A stretch of DNA of 57,446 nt, the filler included, from Basidiobolus ranarum (lineage: Eukaryota): the NCBI GenBank assembly GCA_040143965.1. It is 6 parts of 6 records of this genome, joined end to end, with 100 filler letters (N's around TTAATTAATTAA, not from the genome) between each part and the next. Parts side by side here need not be neighbours in the genome. Positions count along the whole stretch, not along the records: positions 19,200 to 28,692 come from JASJQH010007694.1; positions 28,793 to 38,282 come from JASJQH010007695.1; positions 38,383 to 47,869 come from JASJQH010007696.1; 3 more parts are not named here. The stretch is one strand, 5' to 3'. The translations under genes and the position numbers were made by a program. The notes under the pieces were generated by a model. That model saw only the letters and a program-made list of their open reading frames with translations. It made no database searches and had not been told where the DNA came from. Positions 24,594-40,973 of this stretch are shown piece after piece (position 1 is the first letter of the stretch; the number at the start of each line of letters is the position of its first letter).

Positions 24594-26231
24594 GAGTCTT
24601 AACAAAACCTCTGGATATGATGAATGCCAATGTGTTAAGTATTTGTAACCTCAAAATTTAGTGTGTAGGAATATGTGCAGATTTGCTTGCTGTAAATGAA
24701 GTGAATGACAAAAATAGTTCGAAGTTACGAGCTATCAGTGTGATGAGATAAACGAAACGACTCGGCGCAAGGGGCTATTTAAACCACGGTTTTGTGACAC
24801 CATATTTGTTAGGTCGTGATACCTTTGGCAGTCCCAAAGGAAATCAGCATATATATCATGATATGCCAAACCCCGCAATTACCGTGGATTATTGGCCAAT
24901 CAACCTAAGAACACTGGGAGATAACTAATTGATAAAATGACTTGCCAGCCAATTACCAACTTGGTTAAGAGCGGGCGAATATGGAAAGAACATATCAAAG
25001 TGATAGAAATGAAGCCAAGAATATGCATGCCTCCGCGCCATAAGAAATCGTCATAAAATTGACTACGAAACGCGAAGGCGCTAGCTTAAACTGACAAAGT
25101 AGAACTTTTTGTTGTTATTATATTTGACACCAGTGACGTCATTGCTTGTGTTATAGTTGCTGCGGGCGAACTACGTGGATTCATTTTGAATGAAGGATAG
25201 AAGGGTCCTAGTTGAGATATGCAAGTAGAAAGTGTAGCAATAAGCAATGTCACTAATAGATCTGCTGAGATGAATATACTTACTGATTCAGCTCTATAGT
25301 ATTTCTACCAGACACATAGCCAGCTCTCTCTTGCCCATCTCCATATGATATGACATAGACCTAGCGTATCTCAACCAAAACAATGTGGAGGGTGTCTTAG
25401 AGAGTTACTCGCCTTTTGATTGGTCATGTTTCTATTAAGTATATAGATATTTGAAAGCAACATTTCAGCCATGATGATTTGCGAATTTGAGAGTTGGGAA
25501 TTACATACAAATGGAGACTCGGCATCTTATCTAATTGATGGGGATGTAAATAGATTAGTTGCGTTCGGAGATTTCTGCCTCAAGTGCCTATTGAACTACT
25601 CTGGCACGGTGGAATTCCACAGTATTAAATCTATTTCCTCTCAACTTTATTATGAGGATCCTTCTACAACAGGAAATTCATAGTTACTAAATGTGCCTCA
25701 TTGATTTGCCGAAATTTTTATCAGAGTATTGTGGGTTGTAGCGATGTCTGACATGCTTTTTAAAGATATCTATATCACGGAAAATCACTTGTTTTGCGAA
25801 CATTCTCTTTATTCTATCAGTAGACCTTCAGATTCCCTTACCTCAACACCATAATATATTGATAAATACTTTGACTGTGGTGTTGGTCACAAATCTTAAG
25901 TTGGTGGGTTTGCTGATCGTGAAACTGTAGCTTGATTTAGGGATGGAGATTTACCAAGAAAAAATGGAGCCAAAGGATTTATTAATGCATTTGTAAAAGG
26001 TGAGATGATACTTATAATACTGTAAGATTGAAAGAGATAAAAATATTAATTCAATACCTGTATTAATGGTGTTGCAACAACCCTACTCCCCATTTTACAC
26101 GGTAAAAAAAGCTATCCATGAAAGTGATTTTTCTTCAAAATTGACATTAACAAAGTGAATAGATCCTATGTAGGAGTATTGGACGCTTGGTAGGTAGAAA
26201 GGAATTTCAATTATCGAAGATGCAAATGAAA

Positions 26232-28692
<2,461 letters not shown>

Positions 28693-28792
28693 NNNNNNNN
28701 NNNNNNNNNNNNNNNNNNNNNNNNNNNNNNNNNNNNTTAATTAATTAANNNNNNNNNNNNNNNNNNNNNNNNNNNNNNNNNNNNNNNNNNNN
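28693..28792. other. Artificial contig spacer
   Basis: 100-nt N run with TTAATTAATTAA. Confidence 0.97.
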
Positions 28793-30030
28793 GATCTAAA
28801 AATGATGAATCAAGCGATCCTGATCACTACTATCATACTGCAGATCAATCCATCATTGAGTGCTGTGATTTGTCACCAGGGTGCCAAAACTACCAGTGTT
28901 TTGTAATGCAGGAGCTGTTGTGCCCCATTGTAGATCAGGATACTTTGTTAGTGAGGGTATCTGCATAAATCGTATCATAATCAGCACGGAAACAGGTTTG
29001 CGAATGCAAATGATCTCAGATAAGAGCGCTTTCCCATTTTGGTTCGATAGAAAATTCATCGCTAGTGATGGAAGTTAGCCCCGTCCCGTCCCGTCAGCGA
29101 ATCTACTTTCAATCACACTTGATGTCTGACCCTCACTGCGTCATAAATCTGAGCTACTACCGCATGAATCGCCAAGGCGATGATTGGCTGGACAGCAACA
29201 AAATACGTAGTCGATTACAATTTTGCTGCCAAGGACTGTCAAGTATATTTTAGCTTTACTGCGCTTCATGATTTCTAGTCAATGAGAACGGCCTTCATGG
29301 CCAATGATCGGAAATGTCTTGAATTTCATGCACAATTTATCTCCACAGCAGCCTGGATCCACCGCCTATATCGCAGAGTTCGATATTTCTTTGGAATTGT
29401 TTCACCAATTGCGGTGATATCATGCCCATTACCTAATGGAATCTTGGCACCTATATAAGCTTAGAATCTGGATACTTCGAGTGGTATCCGGAAATGGAAT
29501 AGCTGAATTCATTGAAACATTCTACAATTCATCCATTGCAAGCATGGTAACGCCGCAATATGGTTGAACTATTTCGACAACAAATGTTTCGACCTGATGA
29601 GTAAAAACCCCAGTGTTGAAGTGGATTTCCGTCGCGATCAGTTAATTGGTTAAATCGGTGTTCATGTACACCGCCGCAGTTAGCTAGTGTCAGGATATTG
29701 CCACAGCCTGCGTCAGTTCCTCTCTGACTATATCAAGGGCACTGCTGTCAATAATTTTCTTGATTCAATCTCTTCTCGCTGTGACCTCGAGTGCCCTATT
29801 TACTTTATACTATCCTAATAATTTATCTGTTATTACAAATCTTGTTGCCGATATCTTTTTCCAGGTGACCTGTGCAGATTCATCCAATTACCAATATCCA
29901 GGATTTGACTTAGATACAGCTCTACTAAGTAACATTTGCGGTCTTTTCTCTTTTACCACCGACCCTAGTGTATTTTACATCGACATACTTTCTTTTTAAC
30001 TTCAACCTTCCTCTTATTTTATCCTTCTCA

Positions 30031-30561
30031 ATGGAACTTATGAACCCCCAGAATTCTGATTTCAACAATGGTCACGATCACTCCAGACATAATTTCCTCA
30101 ACACGGTTTTAGGAATCTCTGCCTCTTCAGACTACGTTGATACGGACAGTTCTCCTGAATCCAGTCTCGATGGTAATCACCTACCTGAACAAACCTCTGC
30201 AACAGCTACTAGCCGTCACCATGTATTCACTGTATACAATTCAATCCAAGATTCAGCTCGATTGGCTGCCGTCAAAGATAAAATCTACCCATGCATATTT
30301 CCTGGTTGTGACAAAAGTTTCGCCAGAAAATATAACTTAAATGTTCACACTCGCACCCATTATCCTGAATTAGCCCGCCCTTTCAAGTGCCCGGAATGTG
30401 CAAAGGCATTTGGTAGAAAGCATGACTTAAGGCGGCATTTAGCTACGGTACACCAAACCACAACCTTGTATCGTTGTCCAGAATGCTCCAAACCTTTTGC
30501 TCGACGGGATAGTTTGATTAAACACGAGGAAAAGGGCTGCTGTTCATCCCCAACTAGATAG
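30031..30561 (+). CDS. Small C2H2 zinc-finger transcription factor (two C2H2 fingers plus a C2HC-type third finger)
   Basis: CIFPGCDKSFARKYNLNVHTRTH, CPECAKAFGRKHDLRRHLATVH, CPECSKPFARRDSLIKHEEKGC; first in-frame ATG at 30031. Confidence 0.88.
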   Translation: MELMNPQNSDFNNGHDHSRHNFLNTVLGISASSDYVDTDSSPESSLDGNHLPEQTSATATSRHHVFTVYNSIQDSARLAAVKDKIYPCIFPGCDKSFARKYNLNVHTRTHYPELARPFKCPECAKAFGRKHDLRRHLATVHQTTTLYRCPECSKPFARRDSLIKHEEKGCCSSPTR

Positions 30562-33500
30562 ACCTTTCGGCCCTAATGTTCAGCATTCTCGACATAGCTC
30601 AATTCTCCTCTTGCTTACTCCGTCAATGTGATAGTTGCATTCTCCATAGAAACACTCCACATTATCGAACTAGCTTCCACTTCTTAACTCGTTTCTTGTA
30701 CATCCTCGTGTTAGCACGCATTTGTCGATGTGGAGAGTCTCCCGGATTGAACCGCATCAAAACCAGATAGAAGTCCATACTTATTCATGTGGTTTACCAA
30801 TTGCTTTACCTTGAGCAATAATGTACGGGGCATTCTGTGGACGGTAATTGGGAGCATCCATCATATGATATGCATTTTCACTATTAGCGTAGCACTTTTG
30901 CGATGGTATTTCCTCCAGTAAAACTCGCCCGGAAGGAATCCAAGCCATACCGTAATATGAATTTTAATCTTTCTATGTATCAAGACCAAGTGCAGCCAGA
31001 TTAGCATTTGATGTATTTTTTGTATTTTAACAACATACAACACATATTTAGCAATCAATTTTGGGTAAAATAAAAGCACGGATGTTTAGTCCAAAGAAAC
31101 CTACCGATTGACATAATTGTAATGGATGGGATGAAATTTTTTTTGAATTTCAACTTTGCCAAAGATGGAGTTTATCGAGAATTGAAGATACACAAAACCA
31201 TGAATCCAAGTCACCATTCACCAACGAATGTCAAGCATCAATGTGACCAGGAGGAAGAGGGAAGATAAACAAGAATTACTGAATGTGTGAAGTCTCGGTT
31301 AATTTTCGAAAATTTGGCCCGATTTCGAATGCGACCTCGTGAGGGATATCCTCTCATTCATCAAGATGGCGAGTTTTTCCGGTGATCCTTGACCGTTGAT
31401 TACCCAATCCGTCGGGAAATATTGTGCCGATATTATCCCTAATCCCGCCCACATTGCCCGATATTGTTTCCTAACTTTAGAAGCTTTCTTGTTCAATGTA
31501 ATACAATCATGACTACTAAATTGACTCTACCTCTGGAAGACGGGCCTTGGTTTCAGGTAGCCATTTCAATCAAAATTAACTCAATCAAGCTTAAAAGGTA
31601 ATGATCGAACTAAATCCAACTCGCCACTAAGACAAGGAGAGCAGGATATGCCCATATTCAGAGTCATCAAGCCCAACTTTAGTTCCAATTTTCAACCAGC
31701 CACACTCACTCTACCACTATAGTATTTCTCGAGAGTACCCAGACAATCTCTTGTCAGCTGATCAAGAGTTGGTAAACTTGGATTTCATCATATATAGTAA
31801 TTCATACTTTGCTCGCCTGGTTTTGGTTAAATGATTAATCAGTATAGATGAAATAGTCCAATCTTGAGCTTGGGACCGCGACCGAAATGGAAGCATCTTC
31901 TCAAATCCAAGTTAAATTTGGATGTATAGAGGGTTAGGGTTAGCGATGCATTCTATAACAAGTAATCTAAAATTGTTACCTCTACAGATGGATGTTTCGG
32001 TACACATGTTTTCCGGCTGATCAGTTATTAAGCCGAGGAAGGATTCCACGCTGTTTCGGATTTCCCTTGTACTTATGCACTTGTTAATAGTGATGATATC
32101 GAGTTAGAGAGTTGGGAAGATTCGGTGATTATGATTAACTGTAATTTATGAGGGAGGGATTCGTAACTGAATACTAGTCACAAGCATAAACTTAAAGCCT
32201 CAATTGATTCACAAATCACTATAATATCTTATGTGGTTGAGGGCAAACATATCTGACATATATATGATATTTCATCTACTTACATTTATGCCGATCTTAG
32301 ACATTTCCTTTAGGAACCCTAAATGAAGTATTTACCCGATTCAATATGAGCCCTACTATTCTCTATCCTAATTTCCCTAAGGTTGATCGGTTTAATCCCT
32401 TAGACAAAGTTAAATGGAGATATACTTCAAGTTTGTTTCTCACATTTTCGTAATACGCAGCAAACAAACTGTAAAATTTGTGAGTATTAGTATTTTGTGA
32501 TGAAGTAAGAGGAGCGGGGCTATTTACGTGTACATAAGAGTTGTGTGATTATGAATTATGTAATCTAGTCGAACTAAAATAAAATACTATACCATATGAT
32601 GGAACAAACGGAATGCCATATTATTGAATGGGTTGAATTAATATGCAAAAACCCTTCCAGGCAGTAATGTTAGTGAATGCATCTAACACCAGACCAGTAC
32701 ATATCATCATTGAAATAGTTATATTGGAGAACAAATGATAAGAATACTTATAACTTAATGATGACCTGTAAAATAACAACAAGCCTTTAGATATATAAAG
32801 TTCCAAGTTACATTTGGAAAATCATTCGTTTAACTATTATTATATATATACGAAATATGACGATGTAGATGTGGAAACACAATATTGTTGATATATTGTT
32901 GATACTTCGATTGTTGAAATGGATGTCAATATACTCAAGTGAAATCAGGAACTATATAGCAAGAGGTACCCATTTAGAGCACATATGAATCACTTTATAG
33001 GAACTAGTCTTGCGTTTACCATTACTTCAGATCCTCACTTAATATACATTTACTACTTCAAATATAATGTGCTTTCATAATCCCAACCACATGTATTAAT
33101 AGTCCGCAATAGGTAGTAGTCGCTTTAGGATACATAGAGCAGCACTGTATAATATATACCATGGCAAACTTCATGTTTACTCTGGAACAGCTACTTCAGT
33201 TAGCTATATATCACAAGTCTGTTGAAATATGTTCGTTATGCGCCTACTTACACCTATGTGTTATGAAAGATTGTTGAATGTATTTGGATACACTCAGGGT
33301 ATATCATATACATGCATTTCATAGTTTTAACAGATACCCTCAATAGAGCCTACATAGCTACATTTGAATATACATTCCCTACTCTGAATTCTTACTTTCG
33401 GATGACACCGGCAAATAGCCACGTTTCCTTCCAATTACGCTTCTCTAGTAGGATTCAACAATGGCCTTCCATGAAATCACTTTTTTTGAATTTATTCACC

Positions 33501-36111
33501 ATATACTCTTTGACAGGTTACACACTTCATAAATCATCAAATGCTCGCCCTCTCTTCAGAGTATATGAAATCATAATACCACTCCTATTAGAGTAACGGT
33601 CATCTCTGTACCTTTCCAGGTATAAGGAAATTCCGGATATACTTGCGTAGTATTGGGATACTCAATAAGCACTAACACCAAAAGGAGGAAGCTGGTAACT
33701 TTTTTTTCTTAGTTCCCAACAACAGTTATTTCCTTCTATATGGAAAAACTATAAAAGTTCTCTTAGAGCTCAGGAATGCATGTATGATTACTTGTTCCAG
33801 TATTTCTGCAAGTCATATTTCATCAAAATCTGACATATACATTGGTGTAAACACAGCATGTTATCTTCTGTAGATAGGTAATCGATGCGCAATTAGTATG
33901 TTCTATCCAATGTTAGAATCTGCCAAGGTTTATACGATATCTTGATATCCTCCACCTCTACTCGCCTCCATCATCAAAATATTGTAATCTATAGAAAGCA
34001 CATAATTCCATTGCGGATTCCGTATTTTCGTCGAGGTATCTTGAATACTTCAAGTTGTACTCAAATCAAAATAGTTACGTCAACTAGTGATTCGTATGAA
34101 AGCTCATTTAGTTAGATAATTGTGTAATTTGTCCTAATTCTACTCATAATCTCGGCATGATAAAGCCGATTTCTAGCGAGCATATGGATCACGTAGTGAG
34201 CACGATTGCTCGCAAAAATACTGTTTGAATTTGTAGTTCCGTCAATTTTCGACATCGCTCCTCTAATGAAGCCTTGGTATTTTAAGCTTATTACCTACTA
34301 CATAAATATAGTGCATTTATTTGAGTTTCCACCCCACAAATCCAAGTATACATGGTACAAATACAATTGTCCATGTAATGTGTGATCTCATTGGTAGCCA
34401 ATGGCGACGATCCGGACCACACCTTGGTAATGTGAGATTAACGAACGGGGAGATTTATTTATTCCGAAAGATTTTGACCGAAGTTGAAAAGTATGAGAGA
34501 TTTGGCTGAAGTTCGATATCAAGCCTCTAAGCTCTTTGTAGTAACTATGGATTAGGGTACCTTTCTTAGCCGAATATGGAGACCGGCTATCAAACTGTTA
34601 CGTCGATATAATATTCGTTTGTTGTAAAGACACTCAGTATCGAGACCTCTGCCAGCTCCTTATGGAAAGATCAAGTATCTAGTGCGGTGATCATTCAGCT
34701 ACCGGAGATGGGAGCGGCGAAAATAAACTCAGCCCAACCGCAAGTGAATTAATCCAGAATTATTCGCAATTGTATATAGGAGTACATGCGGACATACTCA
34801 AGAACTATCCCGTTTGTACCATCAGTGGTATACTACCTCCAGTTTCCTTTTTTGAATAAACGGGCACGTTGTATGATCTCTTCATCCTACAAGAGGGCTT
34901 TAGTGCATTCCTCAAGTCTTTTTCCACCATACCAATTTGTGTCTTGCAGGGCTTGTAACCATATACGGCGGTGTAGATGCAATAATTTCTAAATTGGTTA
35001 ACCTGTTTTTCCGGCTGGCTAATTGTCCAGGATTCCGAATGAAATCACGAGTCTATAATTCAGTTTATAGATTATATCTAATATTGAAAGATGACTGAGT
35101 GAGCACGTAGAGAGAGTAAAACAACGATTACAAATCGGTCAGATTACCTTATTACCGGGGCCATATATCAAATGGGAGAACTCGTAAGGCTCAGGAATTA
35201 CTTCGTCAAGGTTTTTCCATATCCCGTACAAGATCTGCCGGACAGAATACGATATTCATGACGAAGAAGAGGGATATGATTTGACTCCGAGGTAAACTTT
35301 CAATAACTACTGTGTTATTGCGGACGGCTGTACACATGCTACCCACAAACAGATCCAGTTTGTGGTATGCTTGTTTATAGAGATTCCACGTACAGGACCG
35401 AGATATATCGATGAACCCAGTGGAGCCTTCCTTTGGGTGGTTTGTACGCAATTATAGTAGCCTTGCTGTGTCAAAGTCAAAGGCCAACCGACATGAATAG
35501 TTAAATTCCATAAGTTAGTAGTTCGAAGTAAATCTCATGAATGCACGGTCAAACAGAAAAAAAAATCGATAGAAGCCGTCACATATTTATTACTCCGAGA
35601 TGTTTGTTCCGTAAGACATATTTGTACACGGGTTGATGAATCAGTGAACTGTATTTTACTACTTTTATAAATAAAATCATCCAGTCTTTCCGATGAATTT
35701 GAGATTGGAGTAAAATCAATCAACTTCTTCATGACTAATTGTTTATTCAAACTATATACTGTTGCGGTTGCCTCAATTAGTAAGCCTCAACTACTAAATG
35801 AAGCATATATCTCGTCACCAGTAATATTCGTTGCTCATTCAGTAGCACTTGAGGCCACTGACAGCTCTAGTTTAGACATGATACTTATCGCTAATACTAG
35901 TAATCCCGTAACGATAAATTAGTGACTTTCATCGTCAGAGCCAATGAAAAGCTAGCTCTGGCGCCAACTCGAGATCTATTTTATATAAAAGGATCCATCA
36001 GAATTACTGAGTCCTTAATGCAAGAGATATACACACCTCATCTTTTTACCCAACTTTCCTTCCACATCGCACTGTTTTAGAAAAGACCAACTGTACATCC
36101 CTGCACATAAC

Positions 36112-37659
36112 ATGTTGCTTATGAACTTATTCAAATCGAATGACTCCACTCATTACTTCGAAGAAATCCCCAGCCCAGATGAGATATGGTGGTCTATTCT
36201 CACCTTTATTACTAGTCACCCGAAACATCTTAACAAGGCAAGGCTTATAAGTCAAAGGTTCAGGAGGTTGGTGCTTACTATATGTCCATTTCATTTAACA
36301 CCGTTACTCATCGTTCAATAATAAAATAGACTCTGCGATGACGACTACTTATGGTTTTTAATATACAAGGCCATGTCACCAAACCTTTCACACGGGATTG
36401 CTTACCGAGCGTTACCTACCAAAGGTCTGACTTGGAGACAGATGTTTCAAAACCATTGGAGATCTTTGCAATCATGGAGTAAATACGCCCCGAAATCATT
36501 ATTCTATCAGCTGCCTTTCTGTGCTAGCAAGTTCGGGCCAAAATGGAAGCATTTGATACAAAGTAACATCTCTAAAGAATTTCGCTACGTGTCTCGAAGA
36601 CTTATCGAAGACCACGTAGGAGGCTTGGTAGGTTATGGTGGTTGCGTCAATAAGGAGCAATACAATATTCTCATATTGTCCAAAAACGATTGGAAGCTGC
36701 AAGGGGATTATTGTATATCCATCGAGGGGGAGGAGCGCGTAGAGCTTATCGCTGTAAATGCAAAGAGAGGGATATTCGCAATTGCCTATGGCAATGATCG
36801 ACGGGGTAATGAATGGAACAAAATCCAAGTATATCGTATGGACAATTTTCATGATACTTCTTTACTCGTCGAATTCCGCACCCAAATTCAGGCCACTTTT
36901 TACTATGGAAACTTTGACGTACCTTTCGGTTGCAATTCAGATCCGAATATGTTTACCCTTTTCGCCATCGAAGCTTTTAGAGAGTCCTCTATGGTAATTT
37001 TGAGATTTGATTATCTCACTGGGGAACTGATCACAAAGCGTTACTACAATCAGGATATTCAAGTGCTAAATTACCATCCTGCGAAGGCGGATAATCTTTT
37101 GTTTGGAACTACGACAGCTGGAGATGTGTATATTTGGAACCTGCTCGCTGATGAAGGCTGGCGAGTCATGACAAATAGTGCATTAGAGCCGTGGGGTACC
37201 GAACCAACCATTTTATTCAATCAAACAATTGATAAGCAAGCAATCAAGATGATTACAGTTGGCGATAATGAAGTAGATAGTAATTACCTTCTGCTATGGG
37301 AGCTCCAACGAGGACGAGAGGAAAAACACTCTACTCAACAAGCTCGATTGGTTTACCAAGCCGAGGTTCAATCTAGAGATGGCGTATTTGGATCATATTG
37401 CGTCCATGGTCCATGCTTCCTAGGACTAACATACGATGGGACAATCATGGTTTATCACCTTGAGAATCTTCGTAAGTTAGCCTCTATCCCTATCCCAGGG
37501 AAATATGATTTTTGTACACAACTCAGTCCTGAAGAATTGTATGATATATCTGTAAACGATGTGGGTCAAATCATCGTGTGTACATCCCAAGGACTGTTCA
37601 TCTTGCCTCTACCTGCATCCAACTTGGAGACCTCAACAATATTCATGGTCAATTCGTAG
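36112..37659 (+). CDS. F-box protein with a probable divergent beta-propeller; exons 36112-36266 and 36330-37659
   Basis: A 63-nt GT-AG intron joins PDEIWWSILTF..LNKARLISQRFRR to LCDDDYLW (F-box consensus). C-terminus is beta-rich with WD-like TTAGDVYIWNL and TYDGTIMVYHL. Confidence 0.8.
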
Positions 37660-38282
37660 ATGTATAGTGATAGTTTTAGTATTTGTATATATTACCCAAT
37701 CCCATCTTATCTATTTAAGACTGGTGCTCGGATCATGTGGTTGAGTAATCAGAGGCTTACATTCGTTGACTCGAAGCCAATCGTCAGCAAGTCTGATAGT
37801 TATGTCACTTCTCCTCTCATCAGGAAACATTGTACAGTAAATTGATTCATCTGTGATTCATCTCTACCCATACCATACTCCATTCATCTGCACATGTTCT
37901 GAAAACCTGATACTCTGTGATAAGTCAATCAAGTCAAGCTTGTAGGATTGGCTCACGTGAGTAACACCTGATCGCATTCATAGATATTATGTAATGAGTT
38001 ACGATTGTTGCCAAGTTCTGTAGTCAGCGGTTATTCAAGTGAGTCACCGACAAATCCATGGACCAAATAATAGATCTAGTCTAACAAAAGGTACCACTTG
38101 AGCTTTAATGCCCAATATTAGCATAAATTGTTATCCTAAACATAAGTAGCGATAGAGCCAAAAGCGTACACTGTGGAAAATATAGTCTTCCCCCAATGAA
38201 TTGCTAGGAACTCCTGGGCTACAGTTAGGGTATGGATTGAGCTTGGAAGTAAGCAATTGGATATGGTTTTCTTCCCCTGGAA

Positions 38283-38382
38283 NNNNNNNNNNNNNNNNNN
38301 NNNNNNNNNNNNNNNNNNNNNNNNNNTTAATTAATTAANNNNNNNNNNNNNNNNNNNNNNNNNNNNNNNNNNNNNNNNNNNN
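38283..38382. other. Artificial contig spacer
   Basis: 100-nt N run with TTAATTAATTAA. Confidence 0.97.
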
Positions 38383-38673
38383 GTTCTTGCTTGTTTCTGG
38401 TGTTTCGAGATGGATTTCTTGGATTGAGGTGCTGTCTTCTGACATGATTGGCGATGAGCTTGGAATTGAAGGTGGAATACTAGATTCCGTATGTTGTGAG
38501 ATATCCTCATTCTTCTTTTTGGTCATATTTGGTCGAGCAATATTTTGATTCCACCAGAAATCTATCTTTCCCGACGAGTGCAATGAACGAGGGAAAAGTG
38601 TCAGCAATTCATTTATCTCACTTGGTTCAACAACCTTTAAAAATCCAGAGAGCCAAGACAACAATCGCCTCAT
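38383..38673 (-). CDS. 5' fragment of an unidentified gene, truncated at contig end
   Basis: ATG-initiated ORF (MRRLLSWLSG...) open up to the spacer; Ser/Pro/Glu-rich; no recognisable domain. Confidence 0.45.
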
Positions 38674-39458
38674 GACAGTAGGTGCACCAGACTTGGCATC
38701 TATGTTAATTTCGCGTTTTGGTAGATAAACACTACGAGTTGGTGAGTAAAATTAAGATCTCACTATAGAATTTGCTTTGGATAAATGGGCAAAGTAACTT
38801 ACAAAAAGAAATCACGAACAAAATTTGGTATAGAACTAGCAGGAGCTGAGTTACAAAAAGACGGTTGGCTAGGTGTGCTTTCATATTGTAACTCTAGATA
38901 TAACTTAAAGAGCTCTACAAGCTAAGTTGAAATTAATATAATACTACAGGTGCGTGGCTCACTAAAATAGACTTACGCGTTCGTAACGCTTTAAACTTCC
39001 TGTCGAAAGCTTTGTTGAAGCTGTATCAAGAAACTGTTGAAAAGCTTCGCTTATAGTCACAACAGACATAAAAAATAAAAGACTATATACACTACACGCT
39101 GTTAGCAAAGAAAAAGAATGGCTGATAACTTTAATTCTTGGATTTAATCACCAGTGAAATTGGAATTAATTTGACTCAACTCTTGATGATTTAAGATTTC
39201 ATAATTTACAATAATTTACTATAATCGTTGTTTGGATGGCCAACAAAGCTTCTAGATTTACTTAAGCAATACCAAGGTACCTTGATTAATGGAAATTTTG
39301 ATCATCTGGTAACATGGATTGGCTACTTTTGTACCAGTAGTAAAACGATCAAACAAGGTTTGGCCGTCCTACGTATACCTGACTTTCTATGAGTTGCATA
39401 TATAAGGTGAGGGTTGACGAGCTCAAAATAGTTCCCTTACTTCGTCAAGTTCATCACC

Positions 39459-40287
39459 ATGTTGGTTGGAAGAAATATCACAGCTGAAGCTGTTCTCACA
39501 GAAAACCACGCTTCCCAGGTAAACGGTCTCTTGATTTTTCTCTTTGGAATCAGTATAGAACGTTGATTGTTGAAGGTTCTTTAGCTCAAAGCGAAAATAC
39601 CTCGCCGCATTCAGTTGGAGAAGAATTGGAAATTACTATACAGCATGAGTCAGCATGGGATAAGTTTGCACACCATGTTACGCTTAACTAAGGGAAAAGC
39701 TCCGTTGCTCTTGGCTATAAAAGATGCTGGAGGTTCCGTAAGTATCTTCTGTATAGTAGACGTCCTAGTCGGGGTATGTTTATCTCATGACTCTTAATAT
39801 ACCAGGTCTTTGGTGCTTATTTATCCGATCCTTTTACACCTCATCCTAACTTTTACGGATCCGGAGAGTGGTCAGTATTTTCTGGAGTTGTGGCAGGATG
39901 TTTCTACCATAACGTAGTCGATATTTAGATAGAAATATACTTACTGAATATCTAAATTTGCAGCTTCCTTTGGAAAGTCGAGGAGAATGATAAAGTCAAG
40001 GTATTCCCTTGGACAGGGAAGAATGACTACTGTATGCTTTGCGAAAACGAGTTTATTGCCGTAGGAGGCGGGTATGGCTACATTTTATTGATTTGATAAT
40101 GTATACATGGTAGTAATGTCACCTTTTACTCAGTGATGGTCAATTTGGATTGTGGCTCGATGCTGAACTTGAGAATGGTTCCAGCTCCCATTGTCCCACG
40201 TTTGACAACGATGTTCTTTCTAGCAATCCTCGATTTATGTGTGTGGAGTTGGAAGTGTGGTGCTTTAAAGAAAATCCTAGTCGCTAA
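39459..40287 (+). CDS. OXR1: TLDc-domain oxidation resistance protein (Oxr1-like), five exons; start uncertain
   Basis: Spliced WKLLYSMSQHGISLHTM, IKDAGGS|VFGAYLS, FYGSGEC|FLWK, WTGKNDYCMLC..FIAVGG|GDGQFGLWLDAEL, CPTFDNDVLS, ELEVW. Confidence 0.88.
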
Positions 40288-40973
40288 GTCATGTTGACAT
40301 GTAGAAATTATATCTAGGTACTTCACCTCAATCCATTTGTGATTTTTGACTTTCTCTAACTCATATTCTAGTATCTTCCGAAAATCCATGTTTTTTAATA
40401 TCCGTCGCTACCGTACCAGACTTTATATCATTAGATACAAGCAGTTAGATTTCCTTCTTCAATTCTTCACCCACTTTGTCCCTCCTTAGTCAACTCCAAA
40501 TCAATAACCCATGGTCATTGAGTGCATGAGTGCATGTTATGGCGCAAGTGTGCATTCTTGAATAAAAAATGATTGGCCCCATTACCTAGCATTCATTACC
40601 ATACATTTTGCAAGTGAAGGGGTTTTCAGTAAATATGATGCAAATCCGTATATTGAGTGAAGGATCATCGGTTAGGTATTTTGTGCACACTTGTTGGTCA
40701 TGGGATGGGGAATCTATTTACACCCTCTTGCACCCTCTATTTACACCCTGATGCAACCTAATCCTAAATTTCACATCAATAAGGGAGTATAGTTAAACAT
40801 CTAACCTGGGGAGTCACGTGTTTGGTTTAGCACTCAATTTGTGAAGGATCTTCTTTAGCTCAGTACTCTAGTGGTGATAGTAAAAAGACGTGGTCACGAC
40901 TCGCGCACACGAGACATACTATTAAAATCCATAGCTTTCTTGATAGATCTTAAGAATACTTCGGTCTAAACTC

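Noticed and set aside
40855-40920. tRNA-like TAGCTCAGT..TAGTGGT
   Set aside because: No T-loop GTTCGA or acceptor stem pairing.
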